A stretch of DNA of 38,968 nt, from sequence record DRR723986_9070; one strand, written 5' to 3'. The notes below the pieces were generated by a model. It saw only the letters and a list, made by a program, of their open reading frames with translations, did no database searches and had not been told where the DNA came from. Shown piece by piece: positions 28,223-36,770 of this stretch (its first letter is position 1; each line of letters starts with the position of its first letter). The position numbers and the translations under genes are program-made.

Positions 28223-29275
28223 ATGACACTAAAAACGCTTACATTCGCAACAGCCTTGACCGCTGTTTCTGCCACCGCTGGATGGGCTGACAAAATCACG
28301 GTTTTTGATTGGTCCGGCTATGATGACCCTGGCTTCTTTGGTGCCTATTTAGAAACCCACGGCGCGGCCCCAAATTTCTCTTTCTTTGCCAGTGAGGAGG
28401 AAGGCTTTAACAAACTGCGCACCGGCTTCTCTGCTGATCTTGCGCATCCTTGTCTGGGCGCCCTGCCAAAGTTCAAAGCGGCAGGTTTAACGCAACCCAT
28501 TGATACAAGCCGCCTAGACAATTGGGACAAAATCCTACCGGCTCTCACCGGATTGTCGGATTTTGTGGATGCGGATGGCACTGTTTGGGCTGTGCCTTTT
28601 GATTGGGGCAACACCGGCATCGTGTATCGCACAGACCGAATTGACGCCACCGCGGCCACGGTTCAATCCTTTGCTAATCCAGAGTATGCGGGCCGTGTTT
28701 CCATGCCTGACAATGTGTATGACGCCTATGCTCTCGCATCCCTCGCGATCGGGTTGAAAACCTGGGAAGACGTCTCCATGAATCACGTGGATCAAATGTC
28801 TGAATTCTTGCGTTCGGTGCATGGCAATGTGCGGTTCTATTGGGCCGACCAGGGGCAGTTGGACAGCGCAATTAAAACCGGTGAAATTGATCTGGCCTTT
28901 GCTTGGAATGCAACAGAGCTGGCGCTGCAAGCGGATAGCATTCCTGTCACAATGGTACGGGATGCCGAAATTGGTGTGTCCAGCTGGGCCTGCGGGTATG
29001 TGCATCTAAAGGGTGGCTCAGGGAATGATGACGCCGTTTATGATTATCTGAACGCGATTACCGATGTGGCGACCGGTCAATATATCGTCGAATCCTGGGG
29101 CTATGCTCATGCTAATGCGGATACATACGCGGCCGTGCCGCAAGAGACATTGGCAAGCTATGGCTATGATGATGTCGAAAACTTCCTAGAAGACAGCCTG
29201 TTCACAGTCTCATTGCCACAAGATATTTCTGCGGCAATGGTGAAAGAGTTCGAACGCATCAAGGCTGGATTCTAA
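28223..29275 (+). CDS. Polyamine ABC transporter substrate-binding protein (PotD/PotF-like)
   Basis: Signal peptide ending AGWA, FDWSGY, VPFDWGNTGIVYRTD, C-terminal FERIKAGF. AGGAG RBS. Confidence 0.92.
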   Translation: MTLKTLTFATALTAVSATAGWADKITVFDWSGYDDPGFFGAYLETHGAAPNFSFFASEEEGFNKLRTGFSADLAHPCLGALPKFKAAGLTQPIDTSRLDNWDKILPALTGLSDFVDADGTVWAVPFDWGNTGIVYRTDRIDATAATVQSFANPEYAGRVSMPDNVYDAYALASLAIGLKTWEDVSMNHVDQMSEFLRSVHGNVRFYWADQGQLDSAIKTGEIDLAFAWNATELALQADSIPVTMVRDAEIGVSSWACGYVHLKGGSGNDDAVYDYLNAITDVATGQYIVESWGYAHANADTYAAVPQETLASYGYDDVENFLEDSLFTVSLPQDISAAMVKEFERIKAGF

Positions 29276-29280
29276 ACAAA

Positions 29281-29347
29281 CAAATGGCTGGCCTGGCGAT
29301 GCTGCAATGCAACCCCAGGCCGCTACACAAACGGCAGCAATGGGCCG
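29281..29347 (+). repeat. 67-bp boundary unit directly after the SBP stop codon
   Basis: CAAATGGCTG-N10-GCTGC-N7-C-N16-AACGGC-N6-GGGCCG, aligning without gaps to the copies at 11746, 15498 and 15850. Confidence 0.72.
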
Positions 29348-29595
29348 TTCGTGATATCTGCCATGATTGCAGCTCCTGGAGGTTGGGACCCAGTCGAACC
29401 CGGATCCCAACCTGCGGAACGGCGTCTGCTCCTTTCAGAGTTTATCCTGATTGGGCATTGTCAGGTTGTTTTCGCTGCCTAAGAAGTAGTCGAACCATGC
29501 GGTTTCTAGCTGCCATTTCGATGGTACATTCATTTCATTTACGAAATGCGGATGCTCGTTGTTGGCGGTAGGTTGAGCGGTCATCTTGTGGCGAC

Positions 29596-29674
29596 GGGGA
29601 CGGAACAGAACGCGGGAAACGGTAGCCCTTAAGACGGGGTCGGGAAAACTGGTTCATCATTGCCACGCGCTAAG
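29596..29674 (+). mobile_element. Two tandem Tn3-family terminal inverted-repeat-like sequences
   Basis: GGGGACGGAACAGAACGCGGGAAACGGTAGCCCTTAAG (38 bp, 29596-29633) and GGGGTCGGGAAAACTGGTTCATCATTGCCACGCGCTAAG (39 bp, 29636-29674). Both have the GGGG...TAAG frame of Tn21-type IRs. Confidence 0.62.
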
Positions 29675-29712
29675 CTCGATCCGGAACATAGTCAACAACT
29701 TGACGATGCCCG

Positions 29713-29910
29713 AAATACGGGTCCGAACCGGGGCTGAAAGCCTATACCCACGTATCTGACCAGTTCGGCCCGCTTGCCACCCAGAACATTCCGACCACGG
29801 TCAATGAAGCACCCTACATCCTTGATGGATTGCTGATCAAAGATCTGCCGGCCCATTACAACCTCTCAAAGGCCACCATCTACCGCTATCTTAGCACGAA
29901 CGCGACGTGA
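29713..29910 (+). pseudogene. Tn3-family transposase internal fragment fused in frame to a resolvase C-terminal HTH fragment
   Basis: KYGSEPGLKAYTHVSDQFGPLATQNIPTTVNEAPYILDGLL (Tn3 TnpA catalytic region) followed by KDLPAHYNLSKATIYRYL (Hin/resolvase-type HTH). Confidence 0.82.
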
Positions 29911-29994
29911 GTGCCGATCTCCGGCCTGAACTACCCGCCCAAACTCTCAAAGGGGTTCTTTGCACTGAGCCTCACTCAACCCCAAGCAGGGCAA

Positions 29995-30855
29995 TCAGAA
30001 GTTAAAGCCCACAAAGAGCGAGGCCGAAAGGCTGTTATCGGATTTGACGAGTGGGCTGTCTGCGACGTCGCCCAACAATCTGGAATAGGTGATACCGCCG
30101 GTCAGGCCCCAGTTTTTGCCAAGCGGTTTGGCAAAGCCCAGATCCAGATTGACCGATTTGGCCCCTGAACCAGCGGAATATTGGGTCAGGCCCGAGCTGG
30201 CAGATTGCGCGGCGCTGACTCCAAAGAAGGATTGGTTGTATTTGTCATCGCCCCAATCGACCGACATCCCTCCGGTCAGGATCAGGCCGCGTTCGTTGCC
30301 GGCTTCGGAAATGTTTGTCCCGGTGGGCAGCAACGCACCACGCACCACCCCAAAGGGCACTTCGCTTTGCAGACCGAGTGAGACCAACGTCCCTTCGGAG
30401 CCGCTGGTGAATTTGCGCACATCTGCGGTGGCCACCAGCCCGCCCAGATCATATTGCGCCCCCAACGAGATCACCGCCCCAGCGTCGATATCCCCTAGCC
30501 CGCGCAGATAGTCACTGTCGCTTTCTTTGCGCCCGCCACCATAACCGACAGCGGCTGACAGACGGAAATTTTCCTCATTGATGATAAAGGCGCCCAAACC
30601 CATTGGGGAAATCATGAACCGGTCCCGCCACACTGCCTGAAATCCAGGTATTGCAGAGGTTTTATAGACGTCAGAGCCTTCGTATTCGGGGGCATATTCA
30701 GCCCCTGCGCCGATGAAAAAACTCCAATCGCCCCCATCAGCCTCGGCATCATCTGATCCGGGACCATCGAAATCCTGTGCCATTGCAGCACTGGTGATGG
30801 CGCAGGTGACAATCCAGGCGGATACGCTGATCCGCATCATTTGCGCTAAGTTCAT
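29995..30855 (-). CDS. MipA/OmpV-family outer-membrane beta-barrel protein
   Basis: Signal peptide ending AAMA, PEYEGSD, YNQSFFGVSAAQS, RLLGDVADSPLV, terminal aromatic residue (VGFNF). GAGG RBS. Confidence 0.92.
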   Translation of the reverse strand: MNLAQMMRISVSAWIVTCAITSAAMAQDFDGPGSDDAEADGGDWSFFIGAGAEYAPEYEGSDVYKTSAIPGFQAVWRDRFMISPMGLGAFIINEENFRLSAAVGYGGGRKESDSDYLRGLGDIDAGAVISLGAQYDLGGLVATADVRKFTSGSEGTLVSLGLQSEVPFGVVRGALLPTGTNISEAGNERGLILTGGMSVDWGDDKYNQSFFGVSAAQSASSGLTQYSAGSGAKSVNLDLGFAKPLGKNWGLTGGITYSRLLGDVADSPLVKSDNSLSASLFVGFNF

Positions 30856-30901
30856 AATCTTCCTCAGTTTATTAGGTGTCAGGGTCGGGGCACCTTACCG
30901 C

Positions 30902-30956
30902 GCAGGTATCTGCGAAGTTTGTCGGCAAGACGCAAAATTGTAATTGTTTGTCACAG
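30902..30956 (-). promoter_or_regulatory. Internal mipA upstream element homologous to the OMF promoter region
   Basis: GCAG-N11-GTTTGTC-N10-AAAATTGTA-N6-TGT-N2-CAG, with the same spacing as 36619-36673. Confidence 0.65.
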
Positions 30957-33900
30957 GATCTCGGGGGCCACATTGGGTTCAAGGGTCGGTGTGGATGCAG
31001 CAGCCTGTGGAACCAGACGATCCCTGACCCCCAGTAAAACGGGCACAATCAACAGGGTGATCACGGTTGCAAACAGCAGGCCAAAGGCCAGCGACACCGC
31101 CATCGGGATCAGGATCTGCGCCTGTTCCGAGGTTTCCCAGACCAACGAAGCCAACCCAGCAAAAGTCGTGACCGAGGTCAGCAGGATGGCTCGGAACCGC
31201 GCCGGTCCGGCCTCTAGAATGGCGGCTTGGAAATCCATCCCTTGATCGCGGCGGGCACGATAGCAGCTAACCAGAACCAATGCGTCATTCACCACCACTC
31301 CGCTGAGCGCGAGAATACCAAAGAACGATAGCAACGACACCGGAATGCCAATGATCAGATGACCCAGAATGGCTCCCACCACACCAAAGGGAATGGCGCA
31401 CATGATCACCAGCGGATCCAGATAGGACCGCAGCGGGATCGCCAGCAGGGCATAGATCGCAATCAGCGCCAGCCCAAACCCGGTGGCCAGCTGCGAGGTG
31501 GCATCGCCCTCTTGCTCGGCCTCGCCACCAATGGTGATGCTCAGGCCGGGAAACTGGCGGTGCAGGGCTGGAAACAGGTCTTGCTCCAGTATCGTCAGCA
31601 CCTGTTGCGGGGTGGTGATGGCGCGGTCCACCTTGGCGCTGAGGGTCAGAACACGTTGCCCGTCAATGCGAGTGTATTCCTGTTGGGTTTCGCGGGCCGA
31701 CACGCGGGCCAGGCTGGTCAGGGGAACGTCGCCGCCCTGGGGCGTGGTGATGCGGATACGATCCAGATCGTCGCGACTGTTGCGCGCCTCGCGGGGGAAC
31801 CGCACCCGCAGGCTGATCTCGTCTTCGCCACGCTGAATTTTCTGCGCTTCGAAGCCATAGACGCTGTTGCGCAATTGGGTGATCAGATCAAGATTGGTCA
31901 CCCCCAATCGCTCCCCCAGAGGCAGCACATCAAAGGTCAGTTCGATGATGCTGTTGTCGAGGTTGGTTTTGATGTCATTGATGCCGCCGATCTGGTTCAG
32001 CGTGTCAACCATGCGGGCCATGGCCTGTGTATTGGTGGCGTCGTCCGCATGGCTGAGATCAATGCGCAGGTCTTCGATATCGCCAAAATCCGTGTAAAAA
32101 TTCAACTGTTTGACCGCCGGGGTCGGTCCCGAGGCGGCGCGCCAGTCATCGACAAACGCGGCGGCAGAAAAATTACGTTCGGTGCCGCTGAGCAGCTCAA
32201 CTGTAATCACCACACGTTCAGCACGGGTAGACGAAATATAGCTGTTGCGGATCGGGCTTTTGTCCAACCCATAGCGGGTTTGATACAGCGCGGCGGTGGC
32301 GGCAAGACTGTTGTTGAACTGTTGCGCGACGGCGCGGGTTTGGGCCGCGGGCACTCCGCTGTCCAGCGTGATGTCAACAAACACTTCCGAAGCATCCTGT
32401 TCGGGGAAAAAGGCGACGGGAACAATGCCGCGTGTCAACAGACCAATCGCGCCCACCAGCAACGCCAGAAACAAGAGCACCGAGGCCAACAGATTGCGGA
32501 TCGAAAGACGCAAAACCGGCAGGTAAACCCGCTGGATACAAGCGTTCAGCATCCAGTCGATCCCTGTTTGCAGCGCCAGCCAATCGCGCGCCACTCGCGA
32601 GGGCCTGCGAGGTGTGCTTAGGCGCAAATGGGCCAGATGGGCGGGCAGGATCAGTTTGGATTCCACCAGTGAGAACAGCAGACAGATAATCACCACAATG
32701 GCGATGACTTTGAACGGGCCGCCAAAATCTCCGCTGATCAGGGTCAGGGGGGAAAACGCCGCCACCGTGGTCAGCACGCCAAAGGTGGCGGGGGTTGCGA
32801 CCTCTTGTGCGCCGCGCACTGCGGTTTCAATCCCGGCACCATCCCGCTGGGTATGGGTATAGATGTTCTCACCGATGACGATGGCGTCATCCACCACAAT
32901 GCCCAGCACGATGATAAAGCCAAATGTGGTCAGATCATTCAGAGAATAATCAAACCCAATCGGCCCCATGACATAGAGCGTGCCCGCAAAGGAGATCGGG
33001 ATGCCAACCGCGACCCACATCGCCACCCGCAGGTTCAAGAACAGAGCCAGCATGACAAACACCAACACCATTCCGATCAGCGCATTTGTCGACATCAACG
33101 CCAGCCGGTCGCGAATTTCCTGAGCCTCGTCTGACCAGGTGGCGAGCGTAAGGCTGTCTGGTAGCTGTCCTTCGGCGCGGATCTCGTCGATGCGGGTGGT
33201 CACTGCATCCGAGGCCGCAGTAATGCTGTCCTTGCCGGTCAGCTGTACATCCAACCGGATCGAGGGCTGGCCATTGTACACTGAAACGACTGGATCTTCG
33301 GCAAAGCCATCCACCACATGTGCAATATCACCCAACCGCACAACCCCGCCTTGCGGAGACGACCGGATCACAGTCTGCGCCAGTTCAGCGCCGAAATAGG
33401 CCTGATTTCGGCTTTGCAAGGTAAAGGTGCCGCGATCGGTTTCCAAAGTCCCCGCCGAAAGGCTGACGGATCGACCTTGGACCGCGCGGGCGACCTCGTC
33501 AAAGCGCAGACCATAGGCGCGCAGTTTGTCTTCGCTCAGCTCGACCGTGACCTCGTAGCCCATCGCGCCTTCGGTGGTGACTTTGCTGATTGTGGGCAGC
33601 GACAACAGATCATTGCGGATGCGGCGCGCGGCCTCTTTCAGGGTGCGATGGGCCGTGTCGCCCGAAACCTGCAAATGGATCACATGGCGGTCTTCCTGTT
33701 CGGCGGTGACGGTGGTGGTGTCGACCTGTGCTGGAAAGGTGGTGATGGCATTGACGCGCGATTGGATGTCGTCGTTGAGCCGGTCCAGCGCATAGCCATC
33801 GATACTTTGCACTGTGATTGTGGCGCTGCTGGCCGTGACGGTCGAGGTGATCTTTTTGATGCCCTCAACCCCATTTAAGGCCTGTTCGACCTTGATGGCG

Positions 33901-34106
33901 GCGCCTTCTTCGACGTCACGCGGCGAGGCCCCGTCAAAGCCGACGGTCACGGTAACAGTGCGTGGAGCCGAGGCTGGGAAGCCTTCGGTGCGCATGGTCA
34001 GCCCGGTTGTCAGACCCATGACCAGCAGGGTGACCATCAACAGATTGGCCGCCACGGGGTTGTGGGCAAACCAAGCAATCCAGCCTTTGGTGGTTGGTGT
34101 GCTCAT
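30951..34106 (-). CDS. RND efflux permease (AcrB/AcrD/AcrF superfamily)
   Basis: WFAHNPVAANLLM, GIVVDDAIVIGEN (TM4 Asp pair), GVVVNDALVL, RFRAILLTSVTT, PMAVSLAFGLLFAT. Start at ATG 34106 (ATGA overlap with the MFP stop). Confidence 0.95.
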   Translation of the reverse strand: MSTPTTKGWIAWFAHNPVAANLLMVTLLVMGLTTGLTMRTEGFPASAPRTVTVTVGFDGASPRDVEEGAAIKVEQALNGVEGIKKITSTVTASSATITVQSIDGYALDRLNDDIQSRVNAITTFPAQVDTTTVTAEQEDRHVIHLQVSGDTAHRTLKEAARRIRNDLLSLPTISKVTTEGAMGYEVTVELSEDKLRAYGLRFDEVARAVQGRSVSLSAGTLETDRGTFTLQSRNQAYFGAELAQTVIRSSPQGGVVRLGDIAHVVDGFAEDPVVSVYNGQPSIRLDVQLTGKDSITAASDAVTTRIDEIRAEGQLPDSLTLATWSDEAQEIRDRLALMSTNALIGMVLVFVMLALFLNLRVAMWVAVGIPISFAGTLYVMGPIGFDYSLNDLTTFGFIIVLGIVVDDAIVIGENIYTHTQRDGAGIETAVRGAQEVATPATFGVLTTVAAFSPLTLISGDFGGPFKVIAIVVIICLLFSLVESKLILPAHLAHLRLSTPRRPSRVARDWLALQTGIDWMLNACIQRVYLPVLRLSIRNLLASVLLFLALLVGAIGLLTRGIVPVAFFPEQDASEVFVDITLDSGVPAAQTRAVAQQFNNSLAATAALYQTRYGLDKSPIRNSYISSTRAERVVITVELLSGTERNFSAAAFVDDWRAASGPTPAVKQLNFYTDFGDIEDLRIDLSHADDATNTQAMARMVDTLNQIGGINDIKTNLDNSIIELTFDVLPLGERLGVTNLDLITQLRNSVYGFEAQKIQRGEDEISLRVRFPREARNSRDDLDRIRITTPQGGDVPLTSLARVSARETQQEYTRIDGQRVLTLSAKVDRAITTPQQVLTILEQDLFPALHRQFPGLSITIGGEAEQEGDATSQLATGFGLALIAIYALLAIPLRSYLDPLVIMCAIPFGVVGAILGHLIIGIPVSLLSFFGILALSGVVVNDALVLVSCYRARRDQGMDFQAAILEAGPARFRAILLTSVTTFAGLASLVWETSEQAQILIPMAVSLAFGLLFATVITLLIVPVLLGVRDRLVPQAAASTPTLEPNVAPEIL

Positions 34107-35242
34107 TGGGTGATCTCGCTTTTGGCCAGGCTGACGCCATCGGTTTCCCCGATCAAAACAGGTGTGACCGCAAGCCCATCCAGAAATATGCTGTTGGGGG
34201 CGGTCAGACGCAGCGCATTCGGCCAATCCGGTTCCGGTGCGACAAAGGTCAGATCCCCACGGCTAAATACCGGGGTGATCAACACCCGTCGTAAATGGTT
34301 TTCTGGGTCAACCATCCAGATGGCCCCATCCCGTCCAATCAGCGATTGCGGAATGGCAAACAGCGCCGGATAGCTGCGCCCGTCCAGACTGGCGCGCAGG
34401 AATTGCCCCGGCAGCAAACCGTTTGGGTCTGTGACCGAAACGATGACAGTCACCCAGCGATTGGTGCTGTCCACCTGCTGACCGACGCGCGCGACCTGAC
34501 CGGCCCATTGTTGTCCCGTCTGATCCGAGATTAACCGGACCGCCGTCCCCGTCGCACGCGGCAGCCGCGCCTGTTCGGCTTCGGTCAGGGGCAGAGTAAC
34601 CTCCATCTGACTGGTGTCATAGATCTGGATGATTTCGCTACCCGGTTGCAGCAGATCGCCGGGGCTGACCGAGCGTTGGGTTACGGCCCCTGAAAACGGC
34701 GCACCGATGCGGGTCTGGGCCAGCATATAACGGGCGCGTGTCACCGCCAGCTGCGCCGAATCGAGCTGGGCTTGGGCTTCGGTCAATTGCGGCTGGCGCA
34801 GCACCAGCGGATCTGGGGCCTCTTTGTACCCAGCGATGCGCCAATTGTCTTCGGCGATGCGGGCGCGTTGTTGTTCTTCTGCCAAGGCGCGTTGTGCCGC
34901 CGCCAGTGCCGCCGTGCGGTTGGCCAGCTCCAATCGCTGGGCGGTGTCCTCGATCGTGGCCAGCGTATCGCCCTTTTGGACCACAGCCCCCACCAGTGCG
35001 GCGTCCGCCACATCGAGCACCCTGCCCGTGACTTCGGCTTGCAGGCTGACCTGCCATCGGGCCTGCACCTGACCAAAGGTTTCGATCACGTCCCGTTGAG
35101 CGGTTGCATGCAGGACCTGCACATCAACTGGGATGGCGGCCTGATCACGGGGTGCTTTTGTAGGCGGGGCCTCGGGGGCGGGGCCTGTCAGAACAAACCC
35201 GATAGCAGCCACCAAGGCGACCCCGGCAAGAATACGTTTCAT
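34103..35242 (-). CDS. RND periplasmic adaptor (membrane fusion protein)
   Basis: N-terminal TM, AEVTGRV, VQKGDTL, helical hairpin, TRIGAPFSGAV, LLPGQF. Start at ATG 35242. Confidence 0.93.
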   Translation of the reverse strand: MKRILAGVALVAAIGFVLTGPAPEAPPTKAPRDQAAIPVDVQVLHATAQRDVIETFGQVQARWQVSLQAEVTGRVLDVADAALVGAVVQKGDTLATIEDTAQRLELANRTAALAAAQRALAEEQQRARIAEDNWRIAGYKEAPDPLVLRQPQLTEAQAQLDSAQLAVTRARYMLAQTRIGAPFSGAVTQRSVSPGDLLQPGSEIIQIYDTSQMEVTLPLTEAEQARLPRATGTAVRLISDQTGQQWAGQVARVGQQVDSTNRWVTVIVSVTDPNGLLPGQFLRASLDGRSYPALFAIPQSLIGRDGAIWMVDPENHLRRVLITPVFSRGDLTFVAPEPDWPNALRLTAPNSIFLDGLAVTPVLIGETDGVSLAKSEITQ

Positions 35243-35243
35243 G

Positions 35244-36602
35244 TCAGACCTCTTTTCCCAATGCCAATGCCAGAGCGACACGGTTGTTCAGGCGCGCACT
35301 GCGCACCGCCAGTAATTGCGCGCGGATGCTGAACACCGAATTTTGCGCCCCAAGCAGTTCCAGAATACTGGCCAGCCCAGCCTGATAGCGTGTGTCGAAC
35401 AGATCAGCGGTGCGCTCCGCGTGCTGCACAGCAGCGCGCAGATCGGCCTCGCGGGCACGCAGCAAGCGTTCTTGATCCAAGGCGCGCTCGACCTCGGAAA
35501 AGGCGCGTAGGGCGGTTTGCAGATAGGTGATCCATGCCTGATCAGCACGGTTGCGCGAGGCGAGAATTTCGGTGCGCCGCCGGGTGCCGTCAAAGATCGG
35601 CGCCGTCAAATTACCGGCCAGTGACCAGACGGTTGCTCCGGCCAGCAGATTGGAGAAATCAGCCGAGGTAGCGCCAAGCGACCCGGTCAGGTTGATGCGC
35701 GGCAACAGATCCTTTTGGGCCACAGCAATGCGTCGGTCTGCGGCCTCGACCCCGGCCCATGCGGCGCGCAGATCGGGACGCTCGGTCAGGATATCCGCCG
35801 GAATTCCGGCGCGGGGGGCAGCGTTCAATCTGGGCAGACGCGGCTGGCCCGAGATCACGCCATCGGGGTATTCCCCGAGCAGCAATTCCAGTCCACGCGC
35901 GGCATCATTGCGCGCACCACGATGGGTCAGAACCACCTCTTGAGACAGTGCAACATCGCGTTCAATGGCGGCCAGATCATCCAGATTGCCAACCCCGCCG
36001 CGATAGTTCTGGCGCACCAGATCTTCGCGGCGTTTCAGCCCGTTGAGCCGCTGATTTTCCAGCGCTATCGCTTGTGTGGCGCGGGCGTATTCAAACCAGC
36101 CTTGCATCACCTGCGCCGCGACCGAGGCCCTCACAGCGCGCAGGTTGTCGCCCTGCGCGCGGGCGTCGGTGCGCGCGGCGGTTCGGGTGTCGCGCAGGCG
36201 ACCCCACAGGTCGACCTCCCAGCTGACATCCAACGCCGGGCGTTGGGTGCCTGCGGTCACGCCACTGCCACCGGTTCGGGTGGTGATGAATGTGCCGTTC
36301 ACCTGTGGGACGAGTGCCGCGCTGCTGGTTTGAACCGAATATCCAGCCAGCTGCATTTGTAGCGCAGCGGTGTGTATATCGGGGTTGTTTTCAAGCGCCC
36401 GGGCCACCACGGCATTCAGGGCGGTGTCGTCAAACAGATCGAGCAGCCCTGTGACCAAAGTAGTTGGTCCGCTCTGCCCGGCCGCAAATTGCGCAGGGGG
36501 GGCAAGGGTTTCAGCCGCATTGCGCGCAGGGGGCGGATCAAAGTTGGCACACCCAGCCAAGGCAAGGGTGAGGCTCAGAAAGAAAGGGATTGGCTGCGTC
36601 AT
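35244..36602 (-). CDS. Outer-membrane factor lipoprotein (OprM/NodT-type)
   Basis: Lipobox LAGC, ALENNPD, SWEVDLWGRL, ERPDLRAA, AFSEVERAL, LALALG. Confidence 0.94.
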   Translation of the reverse strand: MTQPIPFFLSLTLALAGCANFDPPPARNAAETLAPPAQFAAGQSGPTTLVTGLLDLFDDTALNAVVARALENNPDIHTAALQMQLAGYSVQTSSAALVPQVNGTFITTRTGGSGVTAGTQRPALDVSWEVDLWGRLRDTRTAARTDARAQGDNLRAVRASVAAQVMQGWFEYARATQAIALENQRLNGLKRREDLVRQNYRGGVGNLDDLAAIERDVALSQEVVLTHRGARNDAARGLELLLGEYPDGVISGQPRLPRLNAAPRAGIPADILTERPDLRAAWAGVEAADRRIAVAQKDLLPRINLTGSLGATSADFSNLLAGATVWSLAGNLTAPIFDGTRRRTEILASRNRADQAWITYLQTALRAFSEVERALDQERLLRAREADLRAAVQHAERTADLFDTRYQAGLASILELLGAQNSVFSIRAQLLAVRSARLNNRVALALALGKEV

Positions 36603-36618
36603 GCCACCTTACTAGGGG

Positions 36619-36700
36619 GCAGTTGTCGCCGCTGTTTGTCACGGAACAGGAAAATTGTATCAAAGTGTATCAGGTGCCGGCGATGAGGCATCTTGATACA
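36619..36700. promoter_or_regulatory. Divergent promoter region with OmpR-type direct repeats
   Basis: TGTATCA at 36656-36662 and 36666-36672 (10-bp period), plus an inverted copy TGATACA at 36694-36700. Confidence 0.7.
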
Positions 36701-36770
36701 CAGTGTGCATTTTCCTGCTGTCCGCTTTGGGGTAAGCCTGAAGAAACCTCTCAGGCAGAAATGACACCGC

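Noticed and set aside
29380-29413. Hairpin AGGTTGGGA...TCCCAACCT as terminator of the polyamine operon
   Set aside because: 16-nt loop, no U-tract and about 100 bp from the stop codon. Function cannot be assigned.
31359-32621. 420-aa plus-strand ORF and other long antisense ORFs in the RND operon
   Set aside because: Antisense shadows of GC-rich coding sequence. The minus-strand genes carry all the family motifs.
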